A DNA stretch of 64,000 bases from Epiperipatus broadwayi (taxonomy: Eukaryota; Animalia; Onychophora): the NCBI GenBank assembly GCA_028023455.1, contig JAQFVV010000005.1:10540001-10604000 (forward strand). Direction: 5' to 3'. Made by a program: the position numbers and the translations under genes. Below the pieces are notes generated by a model. The model was not told where the DNA came from, searched no databases, and saw only the letters and a program-made list of their open reading frames with translations. Shown one piece after another: positions 28,501-42,088 of this stretch; position 1 is the stretch's first letter; the number at the start of each line of letters is the position of its first letter.

Positions 28501-28620
28501 AAGAAATTCCAGAGCCACTATCTAATTCCATTTGTACTCTTTTGTTACTTAACTTAATCTCTAGCATTAATTGATCCTGCTCATTTTTTAAGATATTTCT
28601 TTTAATTATTGTTTTCCACT
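25580..28620 (-). pseudogene. pol: pol (protease, RT, RNase H, integrase), broken into several ORFs
   Basis: PR MELDSGSG (~28530); RT WATPIVV..KQDGKIRLCGDYR and YYDDILI; RNase H TTDASQYGIGAVL and NYSQLDKEALAV; IN GHLGIVRAKSLARSYVW, DAFSKW, SDNGTGF, PYHPESNGFAE. Confidence 0.95.
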
Positions 28621-28648
28621 GTTTCTGATCTTTACCATAATCAGGTTT

Positions 28649-29386
28649 TCATTTAGGTTTTTTGCACACTGCTGCTAAATGACCTTTGCCCCCACAGTTA
28701 TAACATTTTTCGTTCCTCCATTTGCAGCTTTTAGACAAATGACCTACTTTTCCGCAACAAAAACATTTTATTTTGAAACTTTTCCCTTCTTTAGTACAAT
28801 CCTTATACTTTCTCTCTATTTTAAAAATAGTATTCCTAGAGTTTTTCTCCGTTCTATTTGAAAAAGCTAAAGCTTGTTCTACCACGGATTCATATACTAT
28901 TCCCTTTTGAATAGCACTTTCATATGTTATCTGAGTTTCAATTAATAACGATTGACGCAATTTATCATCCTTCATGCCCCATAATAACTGATCAATAAGA
29001 ATTTGTTCCACAAAGTCGCCATATTCGCAATTCTTTGCTAATTGGCTTAGAACAATATCATATTCTTTAATCGATTCCAGTTTATCTTGTTTGCGGTTCC
29101 TCAATTTTAACCTAGCTAAATACTTCGATGGTCTTGGGCTAAAATAATCTGTTAGTCTTTGAACCAGCTCATCGTAGTTACTACTATCTGTAACTTTACC
29201 ATTATACAATTTGCTTACTATTTCAATAACCTTTCTACCTGACAAACATAATAATGCTGCTACTTTCCTGTCATTTTCAATAATATTATTTAACTTAAAA
29301 TAATTTTGTAATTGAACCACATAAAAGGGCCATTCGTGCAGATTATCTATCCCAAATTGAGATATATTAGCTTGTCCTATCGACAT
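28649..29386 (-). CDS. gag: Gag, 245 aa, with two zinc knuckles
   Basis: Intact ORF containing CFCCGKVGHLSKSC and CYNCGGKGHLAAVC, located just downstream of the PBS. Confidence 0.92.
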   Translation of the reverse strand: MSIGQANISQFGIDNLHEWPFYVVQLQNYFKLNNIIENDRKVAALLCLSGRKVIEIVSKLYNGKVTDSSNYDELVQRLTDYFSPRPSKYLARLKLRNRKQDKLESIKEYDIVLSQLAKNCEYGDFVEQILIDQLLWGMKDDKLRQSLLIETQITYESAIQKGIVYESVVEQALAFSNRTEKNSRNTIFKIERKYKDCTKEGKSFKIKCFCCGKVGHLSKSCKWRNEKCYNCGGKGHLAAVCKKPK

Positions 29387-29460
29387 TTTAATTCTTTAAT
29401 AACTCACCGACTTCTAAATTACGTTCGGTGTACTTCTTTCATAAGCTTGAAAACAGGTTT

Positions 29461-29476
29461 TCTCCTGACTGTGCCA
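29461..29476 (-). promoter_or_regulatory. tRNA primer-binding site
   Basis: TGGCACAGTCAGGAGA lies 4 nt after the 5' LTR. It resembles a tRNA-Ser 3' complement, but the isotype assignment is tentative. Confidence 0.75.
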
Positions 29477-29480
29477 AAAT

Positions 29481-30162
29481 TGTGATGTACTTGATTTAAT
29501 GTTACTTATGAGAAATAATCAAACACATCCAATTCAAGTAACTATTACTCTCTTGCATGAAATTAAGATATCTCACTTAACAGATACAAGATTTTATTAG
29601 TATAAAAATTAACAAGCATTTATAAACAGGATTATAAGTAGTTTACTAGTGCCTGTAAGGCTTACAAAAATAATATAAGACAGGTATAGTCTGTATAATT
29701 ACCCTAGGTTGGTCTTTAGTACCTTCAGACCTAAATATCTGGTTCTCCTCCCATTGTTGGTCCTGTTCCGAAATTCACGCTACACATAAGTCTCTCAGAA
29801 AAACAGGACTGACGCAAACTCACTTTTTTCCCACTAGATTGTATCTCTTTTTGTTCTATTGTTTATTCCTTAACAATTTTAATTGCAAAAGTATTTTGGG
29901 ATTATTTCTGAACTAATTAATTAAATTGTTCTTTACATTTTTAATCCTTCATTTAATTAATTATTTATTCGGATCTTCCATCTTATTTTACACCTTGCTT
30001 TTTATAAAATATATATATATATGAAAAACCATTTGTCATTTCTAATTTTAATTTAAACAACTCGTTTACTTTCACATGTAATTATTTAACACTTTTAACT
30101 TCTGGAGTACACACAGTTTCAAACGTATTTTTTATTAATATTAATCATACTACAACATAACA
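29481..30162 (-). repeat. 5' LTR
   Basis: Direct repeat of 24873-25557 with TG...CA ends, followed by the PBS. Confidence 0.97.
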
Positions 30163-31026
30163 AATACCAGTTCTCATTTCAAATATTTTAGAAGTTTCAA
30201 CAGCAGAATTAATATTTGCTTTTATTCTGTCATATCTGATCCAACCAAACACAACACTATCTGACAACTATATGATAAAAATTTACTGTATGGTCATTTA
30301 GTAATTGAAAACACGCTAGCACAAAGCGGTTTGATTCAAATCAATAAACGCAATATACAAATTGCACTTTTTGCCTATTTTTCTGATAACAAAAATATGT
30401 CAATAGTATTTGATATTTCAGAACCTCACTGGATATCTAATAAATCTTCTTCGGTGAATGAAAGCATTTTATTCAATAAGATCTTTGAAAGTGCTATCAT
30501 TGTAGTGAATGACAATAATATTCTATAATTAGCGCAATTTGTTTCTTTTTTTATAAATTAAAACTAAAACATTAAGAAGAGATTATACAATTTTGTAAGT
30601 TTATATATTTAAAAAAAAATGCAATTGTTTTGCAATTAAAATATCACTGTTTATTTAGATTTTTTTCAGACATATATATATATATCATTAAAAGTATAAT
30701 CTTAATTTTTTTTATCTTTAATCAAAAGGTCTTCAAAATAATTTATCTATTGGTTTAAAATACTGCAACATCTTATATAAAATGGCCACACATATATTTA
30801 ATAGGATTATATCTTTCTTTCAAATTTGTATATTATTTAAAAAGATTTTTATATATATATATTAAAGGCTATTGCAATCTGGTCATAACCAATTAGCAAT
30901 TTATCTCTAACTGTAAGATCAGAGTTGTAAATGCTAGTAATTATCCAGTGACAATTAACTAGTTTTATTTGTCAACTAGTACACTCTATTATTGTGTACT
31001 TAAGCATTATTATGTTTATCTAGATT

Positions 31027-33676
31027 TCACCAGATCAAGAGGCTTGATTTTTTTTTCAGTCTTCTAACCATGCCTTCTTTGTTTAGAAGTTTACGAGCCT
31101 TGGCATTAACGTGCTTGTGAAGTCTATTTTCATGTTTTTGAGCTATTTTTTCAATTACTTGATTTACTGTTTCCATCCCAATGTCCTTGTGTAAATTGTC
31201 ATTTTGTATGTACCAGGGGGCACCAACGATGCCATGTAGTACTTTATTTTGAAATCTCTGTATAATGTTTTTGTTGCTCTGGCAGGTACAGCCCCATAGC
31301 TGTATACCATAAGTCCATACTGGTTTGAGGACTTGTTTGTAGAGCAATATTTTATTGTGTATTGACAACACTGAATGTTGATTCATTAGCCAGTACATCT
31401 TCCTATACTTTATATTTAGCTCTACTTGTTTATTTTTGACATGTTGTTTCCACCGGAGTTTAGCGTCTAGTGTCATGTGCTGTATTCCCATGAGGAATAA
31501 CTTGTTGACCTATGTATACAGGACTGTGTTCATCCTTCTTGTTGGTGAAATCTACATGCCTAGATTTATTTTCATTAAGTTTAATTCACCATTTCCTGGT
31601 CCAGTGATGTATCTCGGTAGTAGCAGTTTGTAGTTTTTTTGTTGATTCCACACAGTTGTCCGCAACTGCCAGGATCACAGTATCATCTGCAAATGTAGCA
31701 ATAGTACTATCTCTAAATGTGGGTATATCACTAGTGTACAATAGATACAGCACCAGTCCCAATACACTTCCTTGTGGTACACCGGCCTGGATTTTTCTTA
31801 GGTTGGAATAGACATCTTCCTGTTTGATCCTGAAATATCTCCCTAGTATATAGGATTGTAGTATTTCTGTATACTGTGCAGGGAGAAGCTTCTCAAGTTT
31901 ATATATTAGGCCTTTATGCCATACTTTGTCAAATGCCTTTGCCACATCCAAGAACATGGCAGAGCAGACTTTCTTTTCCTCTAGTGCCTGCTCAATTATG
32001 TTTGTAATTCTGTGCACCTGATCAATTGTGGAGTGTTTATTTCGAAAGCCAAATTGATGATTTGGGATAAGTTTTTTATTTTCTATTATGAGTTTCATTC
32101 TCTTTAATAAGATTTTTTCAAACCGCTTAGATAAAATTGATAGTAGTGATATCGGCCGATATGATGTTGTTTCGTGAGGTGGTTTTCTAGGCTTTAATAT
32201 CATAATAACCTGAGCCACTTTCCAAAATTGTGGGACATATTTCAAGCGAAATGTTGCATTGATCAAATTGGTCAGTTTCATAATAGCTTTCTTTGGTAAT
32301 TGTTTTAAAATTTCTCCTGTAATGAGATCGAACCCAGGTGCCTTTTTCATATTGATATTAAAATTAATTTCTCCTCTGACCTCTTCTGGTGATGTTAGGG
32401 GTATTTCTTCACCTTCTACCTGTACAATCCTATCCAAGTTTTCCTTTTCCTGCCCATTATTTGTCTGAAATTCACCTTCCAAATAGTCTGCAAAAGTTAT
32501 TGCCTTTTGCTTATTAGTTTTCGCCCAAGTTCCATACGACCCTTTAATGGGTGGTATCTGCCTGATTGGTTTTTTGAGATTCTTAGTGGCTCTCCATAAT
32601 GAGTATTCTGTGCTAGCATCATTAGTGAGTCCTTTCAGAAATTCACTGATAGAATCATTTTTGATTTGCTTTATTTCTTCTTTCAGTTGGGCAGTAAGAC
32701 TATTAAACGTAGTTTTGTCTTGCGGTGCCCTAGTCTGTTGCCACTTTTTTCTTGCTCTTCTTTTTTTTGCAATTAGCTCTAATATCTCAATTGGATAACT
32801 GTTGCCATTTACCCTTTTTTTAATTTCAGGTGTGCTTTGCCATGCTGCCTGTTGGATATCATCCACAAATTTTTCGACTTCTGCATCCAATTGTTCCTCT
32901 GTTTTTAGGGGAATTTTCAGGTTTATTCTGCTTTCAAGTATTAGTTTGAAGTTCTCCCAGTTTGTTCTTTTATTAATCAGAGTTGGGTTATTTGCCTTCC
33001 TTAATGTGGTTTCACTCAGTGTCATTATCATTGGAGTATGGTCCGAACTCAATTCTACACTGTCTTCTACCTTCAGATAATTACAGAAGATCTTCCTAGT
33101 CACAAAGAAGTCAATCAGATCTGGAATTTTGTCTGGATCAGCAGGCCAATAAGTTGGTTTTCCTGTTGAGTATGTTTCACATTTATATTCATTTATTGCC
33201 CCTAGCAACTCTTTCCCCTTTGTTGTTATAAGTCTTGATCCCCAGTGCATATGTTTTGCGTTGAAGTCACCCCCAACGATGAATCGATCTCCAATATTTT
33301 TGAAGAATTCAATATATCTTTCTTTTTTGATTGAATGTTTTGGGGGGCTGTATATGCTAGCCATTGTGACAGCATAATTTTTAGTTTTAATATTGACTGC
33401 CACTGCTTGGATGTCATTAAATTCAAATTTCATTTCTTCATTATGATATATACTATCTTTCACTATTATTGCACTTCCCCCTTTAGCCAAATTTTTTGGA
33501 TGGGTGGAGTTGTAGACTTTGTATCCTCTAAATTTAATGAATGACTGCTTGGTGAAGTGTGTTTCTGATATTAGACATATATCGATTTTATTTATATCTA
33601 AAACTGCTTGCAATTCTTGTTGATGTTTAAGCAGTCCATTTGCATTCCATGCCATTATTTCAAGAGTATTGGCCAT
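31027..33676 (-). pseudogene. LINE ORF2 (APE endonuclease plus RT), one frameshift near 31500-31590
   Basis: MAWNANGL, ISETH, GGDFNAKH, SSDHTP, KKAPGFD, YRPISLL, FLDVAKAFDKVWH, GVPQGSVLG, FADD. The 154-aa C-terminal piece contains KPVWTYGIQLWG. Confidence 0.95.
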
Positions 33677-33678
33677 AT

Positions 33679-35361
33679 TTATTTTTTCCTGACTTCAAGT
33701 TTTATAACTCTTTCATTCACATCGGTAATTGATGTCTCTAGCTTTGTCAATTTTGATAAGATGAGTTGTAGGGTCTGATTGATACCAATATTTTGTACAT
33801 TTTGTGTTGTATGCTTGGTTGTTTCTGCCACAATTTCTGCATACATTGGTTCACATGTTATGCTTATGTTTTTTAATTTACTTTGTTGCATTGGTACATC
33901 TTTGGTCATATTATCTTGTACATTTTTTACAGTATCTTCTTCAGTGTATGTTGGTTTATAAGTTGCACCTAAGCTTTTCAAACAATTTTGTTGTATGAGC
34001 ATGTCCTTTTTGGGCATTTTGTGATCTTGATTAGTTTTGTTATTTCTGATTTTTTGCAGTTCTTTTGCTACATAGCATTCTCTATAGTTAGCCGGGTGCT
34101 CTCCACCACAGTTCACACATTTTGGTTTTTGCTCTATAGTTTTTGGGCAGTTTATAGTTAGGTGTCTATCAGTGCACTTAACACATCTTGGGTCTTTTGC
34201 ACAGTATTTTTGGGTGTGTCCAAATGACTGACATTTCTTACATTGTGGAATTAGTTTGGTTCCTCTTATTGGTTGCACTTCTATTTTTCATCCCAATATA
34301 TGAGATATTCCATAGATTTTTTTCTATATCTTCCCCATTTTCAAATGTCAACATGAACATATTCAGTGGTGTTTTTTCCTTCCAGGATAGTTTATTGACT
34401 GCGTTAATTATTTTGTATCTTTTGGCTTTTATGTGATTGATGATATTGTCTGGTTTACATGAGTGATGTAAGTTTTTAACCATAACACATATTGGCCGGC
34501 ATTGTTTATTTTCATAAGTATGAAAGCTGTACTGACATTCTTGTAGGAACTTCACTATTTTTCTATAACTATCTGAGTCAATGCCATTTATTTTTGCTGT
34601 TGTTTCATTAATAAATTTGACTTGGAAGTCTTTTTCACCAACAAATTTAGTTAGATTGATGTATAGCTGCTCATATGATTTAACATTTTCTACTATGACT
34701 GGGGGAGGAGCTGGGGATTTTTTGAATATTTGTTCATTTACATTTTGAGTAGTGATTTCTTTTGGAACTTGTGTATTGTTTCCCTCTTGTTCATTTGTAG
34801 AATCTGTTAAGTGGTTTGTGGGATTAATTTTTCTTTTTTTAGCTTTATGTTTGACTCTTATCCATTCAGACTCTTTAGTTAAGTCTTCCTCTTCAGAATT
34901 ATAATCAGGGTTTATGTTTGTGGTACATCATTCCTATTATCAAATCTGTTTTTTATCTTTGTTGTCTCTTGCATGCCAAAGGTCATTTTCATCTCATTAA
35001 TTTGTTGTTGCAAGTTGTTTATCATTTGTTTCATCAGAGTGTTATCACTGACCACTCTTTGCCATTCATTAGTAATTCTTTGCCATTCATTGTACAATGT
35101 CTGCTCATTTTGCGTTCGTACACTGCTCTTCTGAAATAGAGTGTTATTTTGGAGGATTAACATATATTCGTTGACAGCACTGGGTTGCACATTACCGAGT
35201 ATGTATTCACTGACAGTATTAAATGGTGTATTGTCCAGTCCATACTCATTGGTTAGGCTAGTTTCTGTATTGTTGCACATCATTTGTGAAACTACCTGTC
35301 GTTGGCAGTAGTTATGATCATCTCCATCCACAGTATTCTCTCTGCCATCTTCCATTTCCAT
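33679..35361 (-). pseudogene. LINE ORF1 (gag-like nucleic-acid-binding protein), in three fragments
   Basis: ORFs 34912-35361, 34238-34555 (FHTY..KQCRPICVMVKNLHHS, PRE_C2HC-like) and 33679-34278 (CKKCQSFGHTQKYC, CVKCTDRHLTINC, CVNCGGEHPANYREC). The stop lies 2 nt before the ORF2 ATG. Confidence 0.88.
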
Positions 35362-38058
35362 AATTCATGACACGTAAGTAGCGTGTTAGTGAATATGATT
35401 TTCGTATTATTCTTATTATGTGCTCTATTTTGCTATCGCTATTATATTCAGTATAGCAGTTTAGGTTAAATAGTAAGCTCCAATGCTGTTATTGCTCGTA
35501 ATGAAGTAAAATTTTGCTTTTTAATACTAACAATCCTCTAATAAATAGCTTTCATCAAATGTAACGTAACATTCATGAGCCGCCATCTTGATTAAGTTTA
35601 TAGGTAATGTACTTTTAAAGGTCTACATATATTTCATGCATTAATATTTTTGTGTTTTGGATATTTAAAAATGTAAGTTAATACTGCATAAGAGAATGCA
35701 TAATTGAATTAATTATATTGCTTTTTGTGAGCAAATATTTAAATGTTGTAATCAAACTAGTTTAAGTAATATTTAAAAAGATGAAAAAAAAATTTTAAAG
35801 TGATTTCTAAAAGTAAATGACTATCATTTTTGCAGCCAATCATATTTAAGGCTTTTAGAAATTGCTGAACTTCAATTTTATATTGTTTATGAAACTACGT
35901 GCTCAGTTTATGATTTTGCCAAGTAGAAAATTTTGTGTTTTTTTCAAAAAAATAATAAGATCGTTATCAGAAAACTAATCAAAAATCTTTAATGAACTTT
36001 AAAATAGATTTACATCTATCCGCAATAAACAATTCTTCTCTGACAGTTTTGAAAATCAAAATTAACAATTTTAATGTTTAATAGCTGTTGAAAGTTAGTA
36101 TATAATACTAGACATTTTTAAATAAAGAATAGCAAATTTCATTTCAATATATTTGAAATAGGTCTATTTTTAATATCACTAATTTTAACCTCGGGATATA
36201 CTAATCTATGATCAGTCTAATAGTCTGCACTTTCATTTTCCTTTTTTAACATTTGGTTTGTTATCTTAACAATAATATAATTATTGTATTAAATATTGAT
36301 ATATCAAAATTTCATTATAGCAATTCTTCTTGACTTAATAAAACGTTCATAGTAATTAACCAATGTATTATACAAAAATTCAATAAAATCCGATCATATC
36401 AGTTTACAGAGCTATTACTATTAATTCCGGTAACCTTTGGTCTACTAATATATATATTAATATCTTCTTCAAATAAAAATTTGATATTTTTGTAGTATAA
36501 ATAGAGAACAACATTATCCAGCAAGAAAGAGAAGCTTTCTTTATCTGAACTCACTGAATTTAATGTCAGAGCATAAATAATTTTTAAATAAGCAGACGTT
36601 ATTGCAAAAACTATATAACATCATTAGGTTTACTGATACATCTAGTAGTTATAAAAATAGAAGATACAAAATTACTTCACAGAAAAACAACATCATAGTG
36701 TCTTCTTGTATTTAGAATCCTGCCTTCCAAAAAATTTGTAACCACATCTGTGTAATTAAATTTCCTTGTAGAATATAAGTTTCATTAAAAGAAACTATCA
36801 ACATTAATTGCTGATCTTGATAAGTTTATATCAATAAAATTTTGTGCATTTCATGTACCTATATTTAAAAAGCTTGAAATTTTCATCTTTATTATTGCCA
36901 CTATCTTTTGCTGTATTATAGTTCATTTTATTATTTCTATCACTTTAATTAATTAAATTAAAGATTCACCAGGTATGGTTAATTAATAAATTGGATGAGT
37001 CATGCTATTTTTAACATAATAGAGAATGAGTAAAGTTACCCAATTGATTTTTAATTAAATATATGCAGAAGCAAATAACTCTTCATTGCCTTCTCAGCAT
37101 TGAGATCTTATAGAAAAAATTAATATATTAAAAAAGATTGGAGAATTGTAGCATAAAAATATTTTTCAATTATTCTTTGAATACTATTCCAAATAAAAGT
37201 GTTAAATACCATGGCATCTGACACCTAAGAAGTAGAACATACCATAATCTAATTTACAGTTTTAATGAATAAAGAAATATCATTTGAATCAGTTCTTAGA
37301 AAAAAATGGTAATGGAGACAATAGTTATGTAAGCTGTGCAATTACCATGTGGTAGTACAGGAATTTATACCATCAGTATGAAACTGAATGGCAGTATATG
37401 TAATAATTATTATATAATATTCAGGGAGCTTGACAAAAAAAAATGCTATCACTACAATGAATGTATACTGAGAACCATGTAAATTTAAGAATGCAAAAAC
37501 TATGAAAAAATATACCAGATAAAAAAGGCATGGCTTAGAGAATAAAGAATTTGATCTCATAGACTTTTAGTAATAACAGAAAGTTTCCCTGACATTCATG
37601 TTTTTCTTCAAAGAAACGCTGGTAGTTTGAGAAATTACTATGTATTTGACAGATAAGAATGGCTGGCTCATAAGTATTAAATGTAACTAGTTGAATACAC
37701 ATAAATAAAATAACTCAATGAAACATTTTACAAATATATATACACATATTTTAACTACTCTTTCTTATTGCATTGTCAAATGTACACCTTATAATACTAA
37801 ATTGCCCATGTACTATACACAATGCTTTATTTACCATCCTTTTTTATAGTTTACAGCAATTGAGGCTAGGACATATAAAGTTCTGAAGAAGATTGCTGGG
37901 GTAATCAAAACTATAAAAAAGGGTGAGAAATAAAGCATTGTGTAACAATAGTAAAGTGCATAGACAATTTGGTATTATATGGTGCACATATATTTTACTA
38001 ACTAGTTCTTTTTTAGATTGACTTTTTTTTTTTTTTGACAGGTATTTACAAAGGTAGC

Positions 38059-38996
38059 TGTGAGTTTTCAAGTAAACCAAGATGGCAATCCTAGATTTTT
38101 GATAAATCTATAGTTTTGGAGGCCCCAAAAAATGTTTACAAAAAATATCTACTAGGAAATGTATTTAATATTTACATTTTATTTTTTATTATTGTTATTA
38201 TAAAAAAAGAAATCATTGTGCAAAAATTAATTACAATATTTACAGTTTCTTTTTTATTTTTTATTAACAGAAAAATGAAAAAAAAATTGTGTAGCGTGTG
38301 TTTTTAGATGTGCTTCATTTCAATGAATGCCATGTTTATGTTAAATATATTTATGTTTTTTTTTAAATTTATATTGTACAGAAGTTAAATAATTTAATAA
38401 AGACTTTGCTATGTATTAATAATTTATATAAATAGGTATATCTGGGTTTTTTATACAATTAAAAAATGTGGGGAAGGGGCCTCATTTTTTTGTTAGTTTA
38501 AGTTCTAAAAAAAATGCAAATTCAGATCTGGATGATGTACATTTTTTGGGAGGGCAGAATCCCATATCTTTGGAAATAATTGACTGCATCATGTTCTGTG
38601 ACAGGAAGGTCCCAAATGTTTATCATTATGACAATTTATGAAAAGCTGCTAACAAAACAAAACAAGCTGAATTGAACCAAAATACCACAATGTTAAGCAT
38701 GTCTTGTCACTTCCCACATTATAAGTAAAAAAAAAAAAAAAATGAAATAAAGTTTCTTAATGAAATTTATCGGAATTTATTCATTTTTTAAAATTTAACA
38801 AATGATTTTTTAATTTTGTTTTAATTTAACAACTAACTCATTTTCGGTGGATTATAGGCCCTCTGAAACAAAATATGACAATATTAAGAATGTCTCATTG
38901 CTTTCCACATTATAATATAAGGAAAAATAAAAACTTGAAATAAAGCTTCTTAATAAAGTTTTTTAGAATTTTTCTCAGTTTACTTGAAAACTCACA
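38059..38996. repeat. Perfect 19-bp inverted repeat pair, possibly an old MITE
   Basis: TGTGAGTTTTCAAGTAAAC (38059-38077) and GTTTACTTGAAAACTCACA (38978-38996). An internal ~190-bp direct duplication lies at ~38690 and ~38880. Confidence 0.45.
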
Positions 38997-39447
38997 AGTA
39001 GCCTTACAAATAATTTGTTTTTTTTAGTTTGATTTCTGCAACTAGTATTACCGATAACTATTTCTAAATAACACTATTTACATTGCTTACATGCTACATT
39101 ACATAAGAATGATAATCGATTAGGACTTTTTAAAATTTTCTGAACAATATTAAAATTTCTTTTTTTTCTTTTTTCATGTTTATAGGCTTATTTTTTACCA
39201 ACAAAATAATGAGAACCTAAACAGGATAAAAATTTAAATAGATTATGAATGTTGTTAAAATGGAAAAAATTGACTTCGAGATTTACTGAATAGAGGGACT
39301 ACATGGAAGTACCTTCTAGAATTAAAGTAGGATATTAATTTCACTTATTTAGGATTGAATATTAGAATAAATGTTTAATTAAATCTAGCTTGACTTAAAG
39401 AATCTTTTTGTAATTAAGTAAAATCTATATTTATTCATGATATTATA

Positions 39448-39512
39448 GTACTGTATGGAGAGTTTTGCTTGTTTTAATAACAGTTATGAGCAAGCATAAG
39501 CAATGGTAATCT
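39448..39512 (+). repeat. Isolated fragment of hammerhead repeat family 1
   Basis: 'tactgtatggagagttttgcttgttttaataacagttatgagcaagcataagcaatggt' matches the family segment downstream of the hammerhead. Confidence 0.7.
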
Positions 39513-42088
39513 TCTGAAGTTTCTCTTCCAGTGAAATAAGCAATTAGCACCTTTAAATGTTATATTTTAAGTACCAAAATAACTCATCTTTTGTATTATT
39601 CCTTGAACAGGATGTTTTCTAAGTTTTGGTCACTTACTTTCCCACAAGATTTTAGCAATTGACACAATTGGTTACTTTTTGTTTACAAGATAAAATCTAT
39701 TTTAGACAAACATTTATTGTTTTAATAATTTTTTAGATTTAGTCATCAAGCTATCCCCCAAAACAGATTTGAATGGCATTATATTTTTAAAAGGTGATTT
39801 TATATATAAGTGCTGATTTTAAAATCTAAAATTTGACAAAAACAAAATGTCTGCTATATATATATATCATGGTCATATGTACAATTCACCTATATATGCA
39901 TAATTTTAATAAACTGTTACAAATTAAATTATAAATTTACAGAAACTTTGTTAAACTGTCACTGTTATCTATATATAACAGATTACTGATGTAAACACAT
40001 ATATATATATACATACGTGATCATAACCATATAGACATTTTAAGGTGATTGTAGGGTTTAAGCATGGCAAAAAGTGGGCTGTTGGATGTAATAATGGTAC
40101 TGTATTTTCTTTGAACACTTTATTATTATCTATCAATATGTTTGTGTCCATGGAAACTGTAGAAAGTTTCATGTAAAATATGAGTTAAGAAATTTGAGTA
40201 AAGATGATGATAAATTTGATCACATAGTAGAAACCAATAAATAGTCATGCATGGGAGGAATCTCTTACTTTTATTGCTATTCATTTATTTGTAAAGCATA
40301 CTAACCAATATTTAAATTTAGCTATATTGGTCAGTTATTGTGAAGATAAAGAAGTAAACATTTTACAAATCATTTGCCCCAAAAATTGACCAAAATGACT
40401 AACAAAATTTAGGAAATATACTAAGTTAAAAAATGCATAGATAAATAAAATTAAAACATTTGTCTTGAATTCAAAATTTGTTAAATTACAAAATATTACC
40501 AATACTTCAATTATTTATATTTTACTGTTATAAAAGCAAATATTTAGCAAATAATTATATAAATACCTGCATACTGGATATATTGTTAAGAAAACGTTCT
40601 TTGAATTAATGGAACTTTCATATTTTCCAAAGTAAATGTCAATATTTGTACAATTGTCCTCAAAAAAAAAAAAAACTGCTAAAACATATTTAGAAATGAA
40701 AAAAAAAAACATGTTTGGTCTTAATATTTCAATTACTATACAAATCAATTTATTTAAAAGGATAAAAAAATTGGTCATCATTTTTCTGAGTTGAAAGGAT
40801 AAAGTTTTTACATCATTCTTCAGGATTTCCCACCATAGATTCACTAAAAGGTTTAAATAATTTTTTACATAATTTTAAAAATCTCTACTTGAATAAAAAT
40901 ATCTTGAATGTGTCTTCAAGAAATTTAAAGAACTTTGGTCAGTGGAATATTTTTTTATATGTAATTATTTATTTTTATTGTTTTCTCAATAAAATAAAAG
41001 ATCTCATAATAGGAAAGCAGTATTAAATAGTGATATTATTTAAATTATATAGTTTGATTATCATAATTAATAGTTAAAGTTATCAGTTTTATATTTATTT
41101 ATTTTTGTTTTATTGAACTTAAAATTTCAGTCTCTTTATTATTTTAATTGTTATGAGATATCTAAATAGTACATTGTAAAAGAGTATATTTACCACTACT
41201 ACTTTGTTATTTGAAACTATTTTTAAATGTGAGTTATCCTTAGGTTTTGTAACTGTATGTACATTAGAGATTTTTATGAAGAATATTTTGTAGACTTACA
41301 TTATTTTTGTGATGATGAGCTTTACAAGCAATATGATATTGTTGTTTAATAGAGAGAAGCTCTTAACAATTTATGTTATATTTTTACTTATAATTTTAGT
41401 CTGGGTAGGCAACTTTTGTAACACCACATGTACCCATGTTAAGTAATTAATCTCCATAGTCAGAAATATTTATTGTAGTATTGTATAATCATACAGTTGA
41501 AGAAAGTCTCCTGATGATTTGTAGTTCTAACCTGTTGAAGGTAAATAATTTATAATGCTGCTTATATTTATATGGTTCAAGTATATAGATAAATAGTTTA
41601 TCTTTGTAAAGAAATAAATAAAGTTTATATAAATGAGATACATATGTTGAGAGTCTGGCTGTATAATAATAAATAAAAAATCATATAAAACAGTTTTAAC
41701 ATTAGTTGTTTAATAATTACAGAGGCAAACTCTCCATATGGTAGCACCACTTAGTGCAAGCCAGAATAATCAATGGATGCATGAAGATTTGTGCATAAAA
41801 TCCCTAACTAGTGCCTATTCACCCAATATATCCAGACTAGTTTCTAGATTTTGGGTTTTATCAGTGAGGAGCCTTGGTTCTGAGAGCACTGCACCTATAT
41901 CTTAGTCTATGGCAACCCTCCAAAAAGTATGGATTCTGAAATGAGTTCAGATCTATACAACTATACAAGCCAATGAACTTAACTTGAAAACATTATTGTG
42001 TTTTCATTTTGGACTTAAAACTTTAAAAAAGTAAAAGCTGACTTCTGGGTGGTTGCATTAGATCCCAAGATCTATGCAGGGTTCTCAG

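Larger units (their letters stand above)
24873..30162 (-). mobile_element. Full-length Ty3/Gypsy LTR retrotransposon (Mag-like organisation), frameshifted
   Basis: Two ~685-bp LTRs with TG...CA ends, TSD AATAC (24868-24872 and 30163-30167), PBS, PPT, gag with two CCHC knuckles, and domain order PR-RT-RH-IN. Confidence 0.97.
30870..35596 (-). mobile_element. Near full-length Jockey-clade LINE
   Basis: ORF1 pieces with three Cys/His knuckles, followed by ORF2 with APE and RT, then a 3' UTR ending in an AT-rich tail. No TSD was found, so both ends are approximate. Confidence 0.9.

Noticed and set aside
36000-37000. Possible ancient LINE RT remnant on the minus strand
   Set aside because: No intact diagnostic motif such as PQG or ADD could be read.
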